From: Pseudobacteriovorax sp.
GTDB lineage: Bacteria > Bdellovibrionota_B > Oligoflexia > Oligoflexales > Oligoflexaceae
Assembly: GCA_050293845.1 (NCBI GenBank)
Contig: JBNKNM010000014.1
Span: 1-62,170 of the forward strand
Reading direction: 5' to 3'
DNA length: 62,170 bases
Below the pieces are notes generated by a model. The model worked only from the letters and a program-made list of their open reading frames with translations. It did no database searches and had not been told where the DNA came from. Positions 62,101 to 62,170 of this stretch are shown here, one piece after another (the stretch's first letter is position 1; each line of letters opens with the position of its first letter). The translations under genes were made by a program, and so were the position numbers.

Positions 62101-62170
62101 CAAACTTCTCCAGGAAACCCGGTCTCTTTAGGGCCGGGAGGAATGGAGAAGCCCTGCGGCGAGCATCGAA
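62101..62170 (-). mobile_element. Right end of a second copy of the IscB element (runs off the window)
   Basis: 60 of 70 nt identical by eye to 43952-44021, with the same hairpin and the same ATGAA flank (62096-62100). Confidence 0.88.

Overview
A bacterial chromosomal window of about 62 kb. Gene content and protein style suggest Bdellovibrionota/Oligoflexia or a related delta-type lineage (inference only). Most of it is housekeeping: yggS (partial), lpoB-like, a Leu/Phe/Val dehydrogenase, mnmG, asd, an NFACT protein, mtgA, dnaE, guaA, guaB, prfC, guaD, glpK, an ABC exporter pair, fabI, a MoxR/DUF58/BatA-DUF4159/GATase-like operon, LOG and tldD/tldE. Two accessory regions stand out. (1) About 9.4-18 kb holds two-component pseudogene debris, lipoproteins, a nitrilase, TauE/YeeE sulfur transporters, and a BlaI plus BlaR1-type pair. 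In that pair the M56 protease is fused to a transglycosylase (GT51) domain carrying Gln in place of the catalytic Glu, instead of the usual beta-lactam sensor. (2) About 33.1-44.9 kb is an AT-rich four-gene toxin locus: a secreted Cys-rich/carbohydrate-binding-like protein, a coiled-coil lipoprotein with a Ser/Thr-rich beta-hairpin, a signal-peptide-bearing SpvB/FG-GAP/RHS protein with a C-terminal toxin, and a likely immunity gene. An internally deleted IscB/omegaRNA (IS200/IS605) element sits exactly between this locus's apparent native RBS and its ATG. The same element end recurs at 62.1 kb and as a scar at 9.5 kb, and a probable TnpB remnant lies at 2.9-3.05 kb. No rRNA, tRNA or CRISPR array was seen.
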